64,000 nt of DNA, from positions 379-64,378 of the forward strand of contig JAQVBZ010000005.1 of NCBI GenBank assembly GCA_028690055.1, given 5' to 3'. The stretch is from Minisyncoccota bacterium. GTDB taxonomy: Bacteria; Patescibacteriota; Minisyncoccia; JAHIHE01; JAGLIN01. This document shows positions 40,344 through 49,043 of the stretch, piece by piece. The translations under genes were made by a program, and so were the position numbers. The stretch's first letter is position 1, and the number at the start of each line of letters is the position of its first letter. The notes beneath the pieces were generated by a model. It made no database searches. It was given only the letters and a program-made list of their open reading frames with translations, and was not told the DNA's origin.

Positions 40344-41597
40344 CTAACCGAACATCAGCCATTCCGGCTTGAATATCAGCATCAATCCGATAGCAAGCAT
40401 CGTCACGCCTCCTATCAGTCGGGAAGTTCTGGCATACTTGGTTGTCACTCCGGTCATCTGCAAGGTGACCATCGCAATGAAGAAGATAAGCAGATCGTCG
40501 AGCATAAAAAAGAAAATATACAGTAAGATATACAGATAATAATTCCAGCCGGTCATTTCATTCAAGGCCAAAACCTGGGTATAGACCGCCGGTAATCCCG
40601 CCGAGCAGATCAGCTCTACCAGATTGACGGCAAAAGCCAAAACGATTATTCCCCCCAATGCCAATGGCAGGCTGTTTTGCTGGACGGCAAGTTTCAATTT
40701 TTCGAATACTTTCCGTTTCTTCTCGCTGTTGGTAACTTTGCAGCCACTTTCTTTATTAAATATGAATTCCTTCAGGCTATAACTGCCTCCCAGTAACGCT
40801 AAAACTCCGATCAAAATCCTGACCCAAACTACGAACCCTAAAAATAATATCAAGTTAAGCCAAGCGGCCATAAACATAAAATAAACAGAAGCGGAAGCGA
40901 CGATAAAAGTGGCGCCCAGAATCCACATCCTTTTTCGGTCCTTCATTCCCAGAAGAAGACTGATAAGGAATAAAAGGGTCCACATAGCACAAGGATTAAA
41001 TCCATCCAAAATCCCCATCACTATAGTCAGAACGGGAAGAGAAAAATTGAGGGCATTCACTTCTCCTATGAATGGTAATGTGATTATCTTTTGGTTCTCA
41101 TCAGGAGCACATTCTTGTGTAGCAGTAGATTCCACTTGAGCCACATCAATACCCTCTCCCCCTCGTTCAGATGATATATTCTCTCGGTTTGCACCCAAGA
41201 TATCAACCAAAGAGTCGGGACAAAGAACCAGAGAACATTTTTTGACCGTTTCTTTAATTTCTTCCGATGTCAGTCCCTCGACATAGCCGATAAAAGGTTG
41301 ATCACCGATAATCAAAAAAGGTACTCCATCAACTTTCGCTCCCAGCTTGTCGGCTGCTTCCCGAAGCAATGAAATATTATCTCGATCGTTGTAGATTTCA
41401 TATTCATAAATTTCCAAGCCGGGATATTCGCTTTTCAGTACGTCATTAAGATACCGTCTTTCCTGAGCACAATGCGGACAACTGTCGCCGTAGAAAAGAT
41501 AAGCATTGATCGGCAAGACCTCGGCTGACACCGATCGGGACTGGAGTGATAATGCAAAAAGGAAAATTATCAGTATTCGCTTATAGAAAATCTTCAT
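40344..41597 (-). CDS. Thiol:disulfide interchange membrane protein (thioredoxin-like domain fused to DsbD/CcdA-like transmembrane domain)
   Basis: 417 aa. Signal peptide, CPHC thioredoxin motif, polytopic C-terminal half with FNPCAMW and LICSAGLP cysteines. Confidence 0.7.
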   Translation of the reverse strand: MKIFYKRILIIFLFALSLQSRSVSAEVLPINAYLFYGDSCPHCAQERRYLNDVLKSEYPGLEIYEYEIYNDRDNISLLREAADKLGAKVDGVPFLIIGDQPFIGYVEGLTSEEIKETVKKCSLVLCPDSLVDILGANRENISSERGGEGIDVAQVESTATQECAPDENQKIITLPFIGEVNALNFSLPVLTIVMGILDGFNPCAMWTLLFLISLLLGMKDRKRMWILGATFIVASASVYFMFMAAWLNLILFLGFVVWVRILIGVLALLGGSYSLKEFIFNKESGCKVTNSEKKRKVFEKLKLAVQQNSLPLALGGIIVLAFAVNLVELICSAGLPAVYTQVLALNEMTGWNYYLYILLYIFFFMLDDLLIFFIAMVTLQMTGVTTKYARTSRLIGGVTMLAIGLMLIFKPEWLMFG

Positions 41598-41599
41598 AA

Positions 41600-41869
41600 T
41601 TATCTATCCTTATTCTTAATAATAGTATCTATCAAATCTTTTTTAGAAACCTCGCCGTTCAAGCGCAAAAACTCTTGCCCCGCCTGATCCAAAAAGATAA
41701 AGACCGGCAAGACATCATTGATGCCGTATTTTTCTACCGCTTCCTTGTCTTCATCAAAGTCATAATATTCCGTTTGTAGCCAAGGATTCGCTTCTTCTAT
41801 CTCTTTCCACCTCGGCTTCATAACCAGACAGCCGGAACACCAAACCGCACCGAATTTTAGAACTTTCAT
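41600..41869 (-). CDS. Thioredoxin-family small protein
   Basis: 89 aa. WCSGC active-site-like motif. Confidence 0.6.
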   Translation of the reverse strand: MKVLKFGAVWCSGCLVMKPRWKEIEEANPWLQTEYYDFDEDKEAVEKYGINDVLPVFIFLDQAGQEFLRLNGEVSKKDLIDTIIKNKDR

Positions 41870-41870
41870 A

Positions 41871-42632
41871 TTATTTATCTTTAATAATTATATCGGCTAA
41901 AGACAAGAATATCTTAGCCGTTGATGAATCATTATCTTTTACTATGGGGTGCCCGCTATCACCGGAAATAACGACTTTCGGATCGATAGGAATAGCGCCC
42001 AAGAATGGAATCCCGTATTTTTGGGCGATTTTTTCGCCACCGCCACTCTTGAATAAATCGACTATCTTCCCGCAATGAGGACATTTATAACCGCTCATAT
42101 TTTCGATCAGCCCGACTATTTCCAATTTCAATTTCTTGGCAAAGTTTATCGCTTTCATCGAATCGAGCAAAGAAACGTCTTGCGGCGTGGTTATTACGAC
42201 AGCCTTAGCGCCAGGCAGCAACTGAGCGATTGATAAAGGCTCATCTCCGGTTCCCGGTGGCGCATCGACTATCAGATAATCCAAATCACCCCAGTCGATT
42301 TGATTGACGAATTTCTCAATCAATTTCATTTTCGCCGGACCTCGCCATATGATCGGCGTGTCTGTCTCGGGAATCAGATAAGAAACCGAAATCAAAAATA
42401 AATTTTCATTCACCTCGATGGGCATTATCAGGTCTTCTCCATAAGACAGCGTCTCTTTGTCCTGAACGCCCAACATCAGCGCCAGATTCGGTCCGTGGAT
42501 ATCGGCATCAAGAAGTCCGACCCTTAATCCTTTCTGCGATAAGGCTACCGCCAAATTAGTGGCCACTGTCGATTTGCCAACACCGCCCTTTCCGGAAAAT
42601 ACGAGCAATACATTTTTTATTTCGTTCGGCAT
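41871..42632 (-). CDS. Mrp/NBP35/ApbC-family Fe-S cluster carrier ATPase
   Basis: 253 aa. Deviant Walker A GKGGVGKST. C-terminal CPHCG motif. Confidence 0.85.
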   Translation of the reverse strand: MPNEIKNVLLVFSGKGGVGKSTVATNLAVALSQKGLRVGLLDADIHGPNLALMLGVQDKETLSYGEDLIMPIEVNENLFLISVSYLIPETDTPIIWRGPAKMKLIEKFVNQIDWGDLDYLIVDAPPGTGDEPLSIAQLLPGAKAVVITTPQDVSLLDSMKAINFAKKLKLEIVGLIENMSGYKCPHCGKIVDLFKSGGGEKIAQKYGIPFLGAIPIDPKVVISGDSGHPIVKDNDSSTAKIFLSLADIIIKDK

Positions 42633-42754
42633 ATCTGAAAATTAATTGATATTGATGAACATATTGATAATATTTTCGGAAAAAATCAAAATTATCCGAT
42701 TTTTGAGAATACTATGACAAGAAACCGGCAATGACACACAAAAAAGCTGGCGCA

Positions 42755-43084
42755 TCACTGGTGCCTGATTATTTTGATGGCCTTACCCACAGTCAAAGCC
42801 TCCGCGATCTTCTTGTAAGCGGAATATAGGATACGTTGATATGTGCTTGTCGAAGTATGCATCTTTTCGGCTGCCTGCTGCTGGTCGAGATCCTCCATAT
42901 ACCTGAGGCGATAGGCCTCAATTTCCTCCAGCGAAAGCTCTATGGTCTGCAAATCTTTCATAGGTATGCCCTGTGGCTTGAAATAGACAACGTCCGGATT
43001 AAATTTAATCATCTTGCAAAAGCAATTATGCGGTCTCGACATAATATCTGAAATTATCTGTAATTTATTAATTAATGGTCGCAA
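42755..43084 (-). CDS. DUF134/UPF0251-family predicted DNA-binding protein
   Basis: 109 aa. Sigma-70 region-4-like HTH pattern (LSLEEIEAYRLRYMEDLDQQQAAEKMHTSTSTYQRIL). Confidence 0.55.
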   Translation of the reverse strand: MRPLINKLQIISDIMSRPHNCFCKMIKFNPDVVYFKPQGIPMKDLQTIELSLEEIEAYRLRYMEDLDQQQAAEKMHTSTSTYQRILYSAYKKIAEALTVGKAIKIIRHQ

Positions 43085-43353
43085 GAAAAGATTCTTAGGT
43101 TTTGTCTTGTCAGAAGAAACCGGTCCTCCGTTCTTGATATATTTCTTATTAAAAAATATTTATTTTTTATCGTCTTTAATATGAGTATATGCCCATAATA
43201 AAATCGCGTCAAATAGAAAAATAGATAAACTCAAAGATTCTTCTCAGTTCGTTCCTGATATGATCCGATTCTAACATCTTGCCATAATACTTCCGTGTCT
43301 TGATACTTGTATAACTTCATATTCGCTATTGACGATATATTATTTTCATCGTC

Positions 43354-43460
43354 TGTCATTCCGGGTTTGACCCGGTTTTTTCGTTATATATAGTTAATGT
43401 TGTACGATATACCGTTTATACATAATATGACGAGAATGCTTAAACAAGTTCAGTATGACA
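43354..43460. mobile_element. MITE-like element copy 2 (TGTCATTC...GTATGACA terminal inverted repeats)
   Basis: 107 bp. Shares termini and internal blocks (TTCGTTATATATAG, ACGAGAAT, AAACAAGTTCAG) with copy 1. Internal CCGGGTTTGACCCGG palindrome. Confidence 0.4.
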
Positions 43461-43860
43461 CGGTTCTGAAATCATATTGATGTAAAAAAAGGACAATCAA
43501 GCGATTATAACATTGTCTTTATCCAAGAGCTGTCGCTCTAAACACACACCGGCAGAACCGGTAGTTTTTTATTAGCCACCTTCGCGAACTTACTAGCGAA
43601 CTATGTCACGCCGTAGATGCGCTACTGCGTACCGAAGGCGGAGAGGGCGAAACGACATTAGAACTATGGATTAAGAAGGGTTAGCTAAGGAATCGAACGT
43701 TAAACAGCTAAAAAAATCTATCCAGATGAGATTGTGCCGGGGCGAGCGACTAGAAATTTTTTGCATCTGTGTTGCGGAACAATACGATTAGACAATTTAA
43801 ATTTACTCAATGAAAAGAAGCAAGATTTCTCTTGCTTCGCTATAAAATTTCTTACACTAA

Positions 43861-44100
43861 CTATTTTTTTATTTCATAATATTCTCCGTTTTTCGGATCA
43901 TACTGGAAACCACTGGCAAAAAATAGTGTTCCCGTACGACTTAGATCAGGTTCCCCATCTTTAGTTCTACCCACGAAAGATAGAACTATATCATTTTCGG
44001 ATGGATCCGCACCTATCAACGTCCACTTTTCCCATCCTCCACGGACACGGGTATTGAATACATCCCCAATTTTTATTTTACCATTGGTCATTTTGGTCAT
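43861..44100 (-). CDS. Hypothetical small protein
   Basis: 79 aa. Start region has a tandem ATGACCAAA duplication. Confidence 0.3.
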   Translation of the reverse strand: MTKMTNGKIKIGDVFNTRVRGGWEKWTLIGADPSENDIVLSFVGRTKDGEPDLSRTGTLFFASGFQYDPKNGEYYEIKK

Positions 44101-44559
44101 TTTGGTCTTCCTCTTCTGGATTTTTTATGAAGTGTTTATTTATTCTTATGTTTCATGTCGCGAGTATAGAGCTTGCGATATTCAACTGTGCATTTTATCA
44201 TACTTTTACCATATGTCAAGATTATCTTAGACAAAAGATCAAATCCTATTGAGTCTGCATAAAGTAATAGCTTAAACAAGCAATCATTTTTTTTGGAGAG
44301 GGCGGGATTTACCCCTCCGGGGCATAAACTTCTCATCCCGTTATCCTATCACACCAAACAAAAAACCATATAAAAATATGGTCTTTTATTTGGCGGGCAT
44401 CCTCGGGCTGGAACCGTGATCTTTGCAATCCTAGTAAGGCTTTTTAGTAGTTTTTTGGGGTCTTAGAAAATAAGATCCTCGTGCGCTTGTCTTTTCTAAA
44501 AAGTGACAAATGTGACATGATTCTAGGAGTAAATGTTACATTAATATGTAACATTCCTT

Positions 44560-46179
44560 TTAAATTTTTCCTAAAATAGTTTCAAATTTATTTAAAATTT
44601 TAATAAACTCATCATTATAATTAGCTTGTAATATTTTACTATCAGCAAAATTGCTATAATCTATTACGTTTATTTTTTCATCCGCTTTATATTTTTTTGC
44701 TTGATATTCTTCATCTTTAAGAGTTGCGGTTAATAAAACTTGTTTATTTAAACTTTTGTAAATGTCCAGCATTTTTTCCTCTTTCGATGAAGCGATTTCA
44801 CCATCTCTAAAAGAATCAACAATAATTGGAAAGTCGTGATTCATTTCTTTGTTAAGAGAAACTATTTTAGTAAAATAAAACTCTTGGTTTTCACTACCCG
44901 AATATGTTTCCGTACCTTTTGTAAATATATCACTAAAAACTAAAACGCCGTTTTCATCAATTTCATTATAAATACTATTCATACTAGCAATGACATTTCG
45001 CATAAAACTTTTCTGTTGTTCAGCCTTTTCTACGTGCTCTTCATTTTTCTTTTTTAATTCCTCCAATATTCCTTCAAGTTTTTTATTGGCTTCCCAAATT
45101 TCTTGTTCTATTTGCTTGTCGTTAATGATCTCCTCTCCAAAAATCATGTAGTCTCTATAATCAGGAGGAGTTTCCACAATCTCTTTGTTAAGCTGCTCCT
45201 GCTCGGAATTGATCTTACAAGCTAGCTCTTCAATAATTTCTTCTTTAATCTTAATATCTTCTTTTATTGATTCTATAATCCTTTTCTTTACGTGCATATT
45301 GCTGATTTCAAAATTATATTCAGAGTTAGCACTAGCAAATATTATCTTATCGCTTCCGCAATTTGCGCATTTAATTTTTCCTGTATCTATAAATCTATTC
45401 AATGAATTAAGTTCAAATAACAAACTCTCCAATTTTATCTTTCGATTATTTTCTCTTGTCTGTTCAGTTCTGTATTTTGCAATATCGCTATTTATTGATT
45501 CCATAATCCCTTTCTTTTTTTCATATTCCTCCCTGTTTATATTCTTTGATGAATACTCTGCGATTTTAGGATTAGCTTTTATGGTTTGTAGCTTCTTTTT
45601 TAAAGATCTTATCTTGCTCTCTATTTCAATTTTCTCTTCTTTTAAGTTTCGTTCTTTAAATTTATCTAAAACAACATTATCTATATCCATCATGGAATAT
45701 AGCATATTTTTGAAATCATCTTTATCATACTGAGCTGCGGATATTAATTTTGATGTATTTCTTTTGTCTTGACCAAGGAAAAATAATTCATAAAGCAATG
45801 AAGGGGCAACGATCCCTTCGTTACCGTCTTTAGAAATCCTTGGAAGCTGATAAATTTCTTTATCAAAGAAATGCTTAAATTCACTAATGCTGTTGCATAT
45901 TTGATATGCATTCTCACTCTTTACAATAATAGAATTCTTCTTTCTTAAAAATTCGTACTCTTTCCCGCTTATTTCAATCTTTGTATAAAAATAATATTCT
46001 CTGTAATTAAAACTTTCAGGAAATATTGGATCTTTCCCAATTGCGTACATAGCGCCCTGCATTAATAATGTCTTGCCCTTATTATTATCATTACTAAATA
46101 TTATATTCACCCCATCCTTTAATCTATCCTCAATGAATGCTTCCCTTAAATTACCTATAGCGATCTTTTTAATTCGCAT
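44560..46179 (-). CDS. SMC/Rad50-like ATPase with central coiled-coil and CxxC zinc-hook (Lamassu LmuB-like candidate)
   Basis: 539 aa. N-terminal SMC_N-type head with Walker A FSNDNNKGKT. Long coiled-coil with KIKCANCGSDK at mid-length. C-terminal signature-like TYSGSENQ and Walker B PIIVDSF. Very AT-rich gene. Confidence 0.6.
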   Translation of the reverse strand: MRIKKIAIGNLREAFIEDRLKDGVNIIFSNDNNKGKTLLMQGAMYAIGKDPIFPESFNYREYYFYTKIEISGKEYEFLRKKNSIIVKSENAYQICNSISEFKHFFDKEIYQLPRISKDGNEGIVAPSLLYELFFLGQDKRNTSKLISAAQYDKDDFKNMLYSMMDIDNVVLDKFKERNLKEEKIEIESKIRSLKKKLQTIKANPKIAEYSSKNINREEYEKKKGIMESINSDIAKYRTEQTRENNRKIKLESLLFELNSLNRFIDTGKIKCANCGSDKIIFASANSEYNFEISNMHVKKRIIESIKEDIKIKEEIIEELACKINSEQEQLNKEIVETPPDYRDYMIFGEEIINDKQIEQEIWEANKKLEGILEELKKKNEEHVEKAEQQKSFMRNVIASMNSIYNEIDENGVLVFSDIFTKGTETYSGSENQEFYFTKIVSLNKEMNHDFPIIVDSFRDGEIASSKEEKMLDIYKSLNKQVLLTATLKDEEYQAKKYKADEKINVIDYSNFADSKILQANYNDEFIKILNKFETILGKI

Positions 46180-47194
46180 ATATGTTGTCTTTAATTATTG
46201 AAATTATAAATAATAAACTTTTTCGATCAAGATGTTTTGATTTGATGTTAATGCTACTTTCCAAGCCGCTGTATACCCTATAAATATCAGCTTTGGGATT
46301 AATATCAAATTGATTAATGGTGAATTCAAGAACTTTCCAAAATTCTGGATTTGAATTCTTATTAAAAAAAGCTCTTGCCAGATTTGCTTTGCAATCCTGT
46401 ATCAAGTCTTTTGTTGCTTCTGTATCCAAGTTATCCGTTTCATTTTTGAAAGATATGGGAATTGATTTGTATTCGAAAATATCACATCCAAGTACTCTAT
46501 TAATAATTAAGGTGTAAATTTCTTTTTTGAATAAATGTCTATTAAACTTTAAAACATCTTCAATTTTTTCAATTTGTTCATTCTCTATACAACTGTTTTT
46601 CTTAGCTGATTGAACATCTCTAATCTCTTCAAAAATATTTTGATAAAAATCATTATTTCTAATTTTTCTGTCTTTAAATTTGGTTATTCTTTTTATATAG
46701 TCGCTTATATCTTTACTATCTTGGACAAAAATAATTTTATTAAAAAAAGATTCGGCATCTTCTTCATTGTTTTTTCCGGTATTGTTTTTAAGCTTATCAA
46801 TGAGGCCATTTTTTATTCTTGATCTTGTATCTTCCTGGAAATTATCCATTCCGAATTCGTCCAGATTTTCTTTAATCAAATATTCTTTGTTCAGTTTAGA
46901 GACAAATAATATAAGGCAGCAAAAATTCAATCCTGATATATGGTTTTTGTACAAAGTAAACAAAAATTCTCCAATTTGTTTTGGATAAAATTTTGAATAA
47001 TTCTTAGATTGGATATCCCATAGCTCGCTATAGCTTTTATCTATGCCTGTAACATCGTTAAAACAATCAATTGTAAATAAATCGACCTGATCACGATCTT
47101 TTCTAAAGCCGACGAGATATAATAACGACTTCGTCTCGAATTCGGTTGCCTTTTTATTATTTCTCTCGGTATTGGTGAAAGTATATATACTCAT
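46169..47194 (-). CDS. Hypothetical protein co-operonic with the SMC-like ATPase (candidate effector)
   Basis: 341 aa. Overlaps the downstream ATPase gene by 11 nt. N-terminal D...D...(D/E)xK-like residues (FTIDCFNDV...WDIQSK) give a weak, unverified nuclease-like hint. Confidence 0.45.
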   Translation of the reverse strand: MSIYTFTNTERNNKKATEFETKSLLYLVGFRKDRDQVDLFTIDCFNDVTGIDKSYSELWDIQSKNYSKFYPKQIGEFLFTLYKNHISGLNFCCLILFVSKLNKEYLIKENLDEFGMDNFQEDTRSRIKNGLIDKLKNNTGKNNEEDAESFFNKIIFVQDSKDISDYIKRITKFKDRKIRNNDFYQNIFEEIRDVQSAKKNSCIENEQIEKIEDVLKFNRHLFKKEIYTLIINRVLGCDIFEYKSIPISFKNETDNLDTEATKDLIQDCKANLARAFFNKNSNPEFWKVLEFTINQFDINPKADIYRVYSGLESSINIKSKHLDRKSLLFIISIIKDNIYAN

Positions 47195-47482
47195 TAGATA
47201 AATCTATAAAAAATACGGTTTAAACTTAGCATATTTTAGCTAAAAATAACTGTTCTTGGCAATTAATAGGCGATAATATTATTTTATTTATATTCGAAAG
47301 TTGCTTTTATTGTTCTTTGGTTAAAATTAATAGATTAACCGTGTAGGGCAGTTCATTATTAACTTTGTTTATAACTTTACCAAGATCTAACTGTTTTGTA
47401 AACAAAAACAGAGCTAAAATAAGCTCTGTTTTTAATTCTCTCTGTGTTGACACGATGTTGCAGTGTTAAGTGAGGATATCTT

Positions 47483-48442
47483 TTATATCCTTCCCTCTGT
47501 AACCAATCGCCAATAGTGATAACCTAATGCAGTTAATTTACAAGATTTCGAATTTTGTGCTGCAAAATACATATACTCTTCACCGACGGGTCTTACTAGA
47601 TTTACACCTTGAAATTTTTGCAAATTTTTAAATATTGCAACATTTTCCGGCTTAGCAATATCAACATTGGTATCTTCAAAAGAAGGATCTAACAAATATT
47701 CAGCCTCAGGAGTAGGAAAATATTCTACAATTTTTCTTAATATATCAGGAGATACTGGAGGCGTGACAGTGCGTAAAGATGTGAAATTAGTAACATTTGT
47801 TTTGAAAACAGGTCTCTGGTCCCATGGACCGAGTGCCTGGTCAATGTAAGCATATATGCCGCCGGGCGTTATGCGTCCCATTAAATCAGCCGCTCCACCT
47901 TGTATGGCATCTAGCAATAAACCTGTAAATACTCCATGTCCGTCAATTTCGGCAGCTGTTTCAGTACTTAGACTTGCTGTTAAAACAACAATCCCTTCAC
48001 TTATTTGAGAAACATGTCCGCCAGATACTTCCGGCGAACCAAAAGACCCGGAATGGCAACAATCCAGAATGATAATTTTATTTTTTATCTTTGATTTATT
48101 GGCTAGGGTCAATATTTCTTCCATAGAAACGCCCTCATCATGTTTTTCATAATCTGGAGTTACTATATATCCACCAGTGATATCTAAATAGCCATGTCCA
48201 GAAAAATATAGCAAGGCTACATCGCCTTCTCCATCGAATAGTTCAACAATTTCGCCTTTTAATTCTGACTTTTTAGGAATATTATTTTTTAATCTCACAG
48301 AAAAGTTTGGAGAACCATCGCCATTCTTTTCGATAACACCAGATAATATTGAAGCGTCGTTTACGCAACCAGTGAGTGGTAAACCGGGGTAGTCATCTAT
48401 TCCAATTAATAATGCTTTTCTCATATTTTTATCTATCTCCAT
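47483..48442 (-). CDS. Caspase-like peptidase (C14 family) with C-terminal domain of unknown function
   Basis: 319 aa. Catalytic His in LYFSGHGY and catalytic Cys in IILDCCHSGSFG, with classic caspase/metacaspase spacing. Confidence 0.75.
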   Translation of the reverse strand: MEIDKNMRKALLIGIDDYPGLPLTGCVNDASILSGVIEKNGDGSPNFSVRLKNNIPKKSELKGEIVELFDGEGDVALLYFSGHGYLDITGGYIVTPDYEKHDEGVSMEEILTLANKSKIKNKIIILDCCHSGSFGSPEVSGGHVSQISEGIVVLTASLSTETAAEIDGHGVFTGLLLDAIQGGAADLMGRITPGGIYAYIDQALGPWDQRPVFKTNVTNFTSLRTVTPPVSPDILRKIVEYFPTPEAEYLLDPSFEDTNVDIAKPENVAIFKNLQKFQGVNLVRPVGEEYMYFAAQNSKSCKLTALGYHYWRLVTEGRI

Positions 48443-48812
48443 TTACTAGAGCTTTTATGTTATCCCATGTCCAACTATAATAACCTTCTAAACCATTTGG
48501 ACTGGGACAAATCTTGTCTTTATAACCTCGGACGCCCACAACAGGGACTCCTGCCTCTTTTGCCATTTCGATCTCCGCTTTAACTCCGCTGCACTGACTA
48601 GTTTTTGTGCCCACCATAACAATAACCAAGTCAGTTTTTTTGATTTTTGTTAAACATTTCTCTTTCCAAGTTCTTTCATCCCAAGGCTCTTTAACAGACC
48701 AATCTTCGATTTCGAAAGGAGAGTCTGGATTTTTTGATTGACCGACAAGCGAGTTTCTTAGAAATTCATCGTTATCAAAATCAAAACTAATAAAAACTTT
48801 CTTTTTAATCAT
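48429..48812 (-). CDS. TIR-like domain protein (DUF1863/TIR_2-type)
   Basis: 127 aa. KVFISFDFDND start. Later SQCSGVKAEIEMAKEAGVPVVGV motif typical of small bacterial TIR-like domains. Overlaps the caspase-like gene by 14 nt. Confidence 0.55.
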   Translation of the reverse strand: MIKKKVFISFDFDNDEFLRNSLVGQSKNPDSPFEIEDWSVKEPWDERTWKEKCLTKIKKTDLVIVMVGTKTSQCSGVKAEIEMAKEAGVPVVGVRGYKDKICPSPNGLEGYYSWTWDNIKALVNGDR

Positions 48813-48822
48813 ATATTTGTAG

Positions 48823-49035
48823 TTATTTAGATTTTCGGTTATAAGGTGACTGGTTCGTCGGTTTTAAGCTGACACCCAGATTGGATGCTTTTTTCTGCAC
48901 TCCGCTAACAGGCCTGCCTAACTTCAAGCTTATTACCCTGGTAGGCATGTTTTCTTTTGCCATTTCTTTCAATTGCTTAACTTCTGCTGGTGTCCATTGT
49001 TTACCGGCATTTTGAATGTACTTGGGGTTTGTCAT
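48823..49035 (-). CDS. GcrA-like small DNA-binding protein
   Basis: 70 aa. WTPAEVKQLKEMAKENMPTRVISLKLGRPVSGVQKKASNLGV resembles the GcrA N-terminal DNA-binding domain. Confidence 0.4.
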   Translation of the reverse strand: MTNPKYIQNAGKQWTPAEVKQLKEMAKENMPTRVISLKLGRPVSGVQKKASNLGVSLKPTNQSPYNRKSK

Positions 49036-49043
49036 ATATTTAA

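Noticed and set aside
40162-40362. 66-aa minus-strand ORF and 62/69-aa plus-strand ORFs at 39952-40165
   Set aside because: They sit in the AT-rich spacer containing a bidirectional terminator. They lack an RBS and overlap one another.
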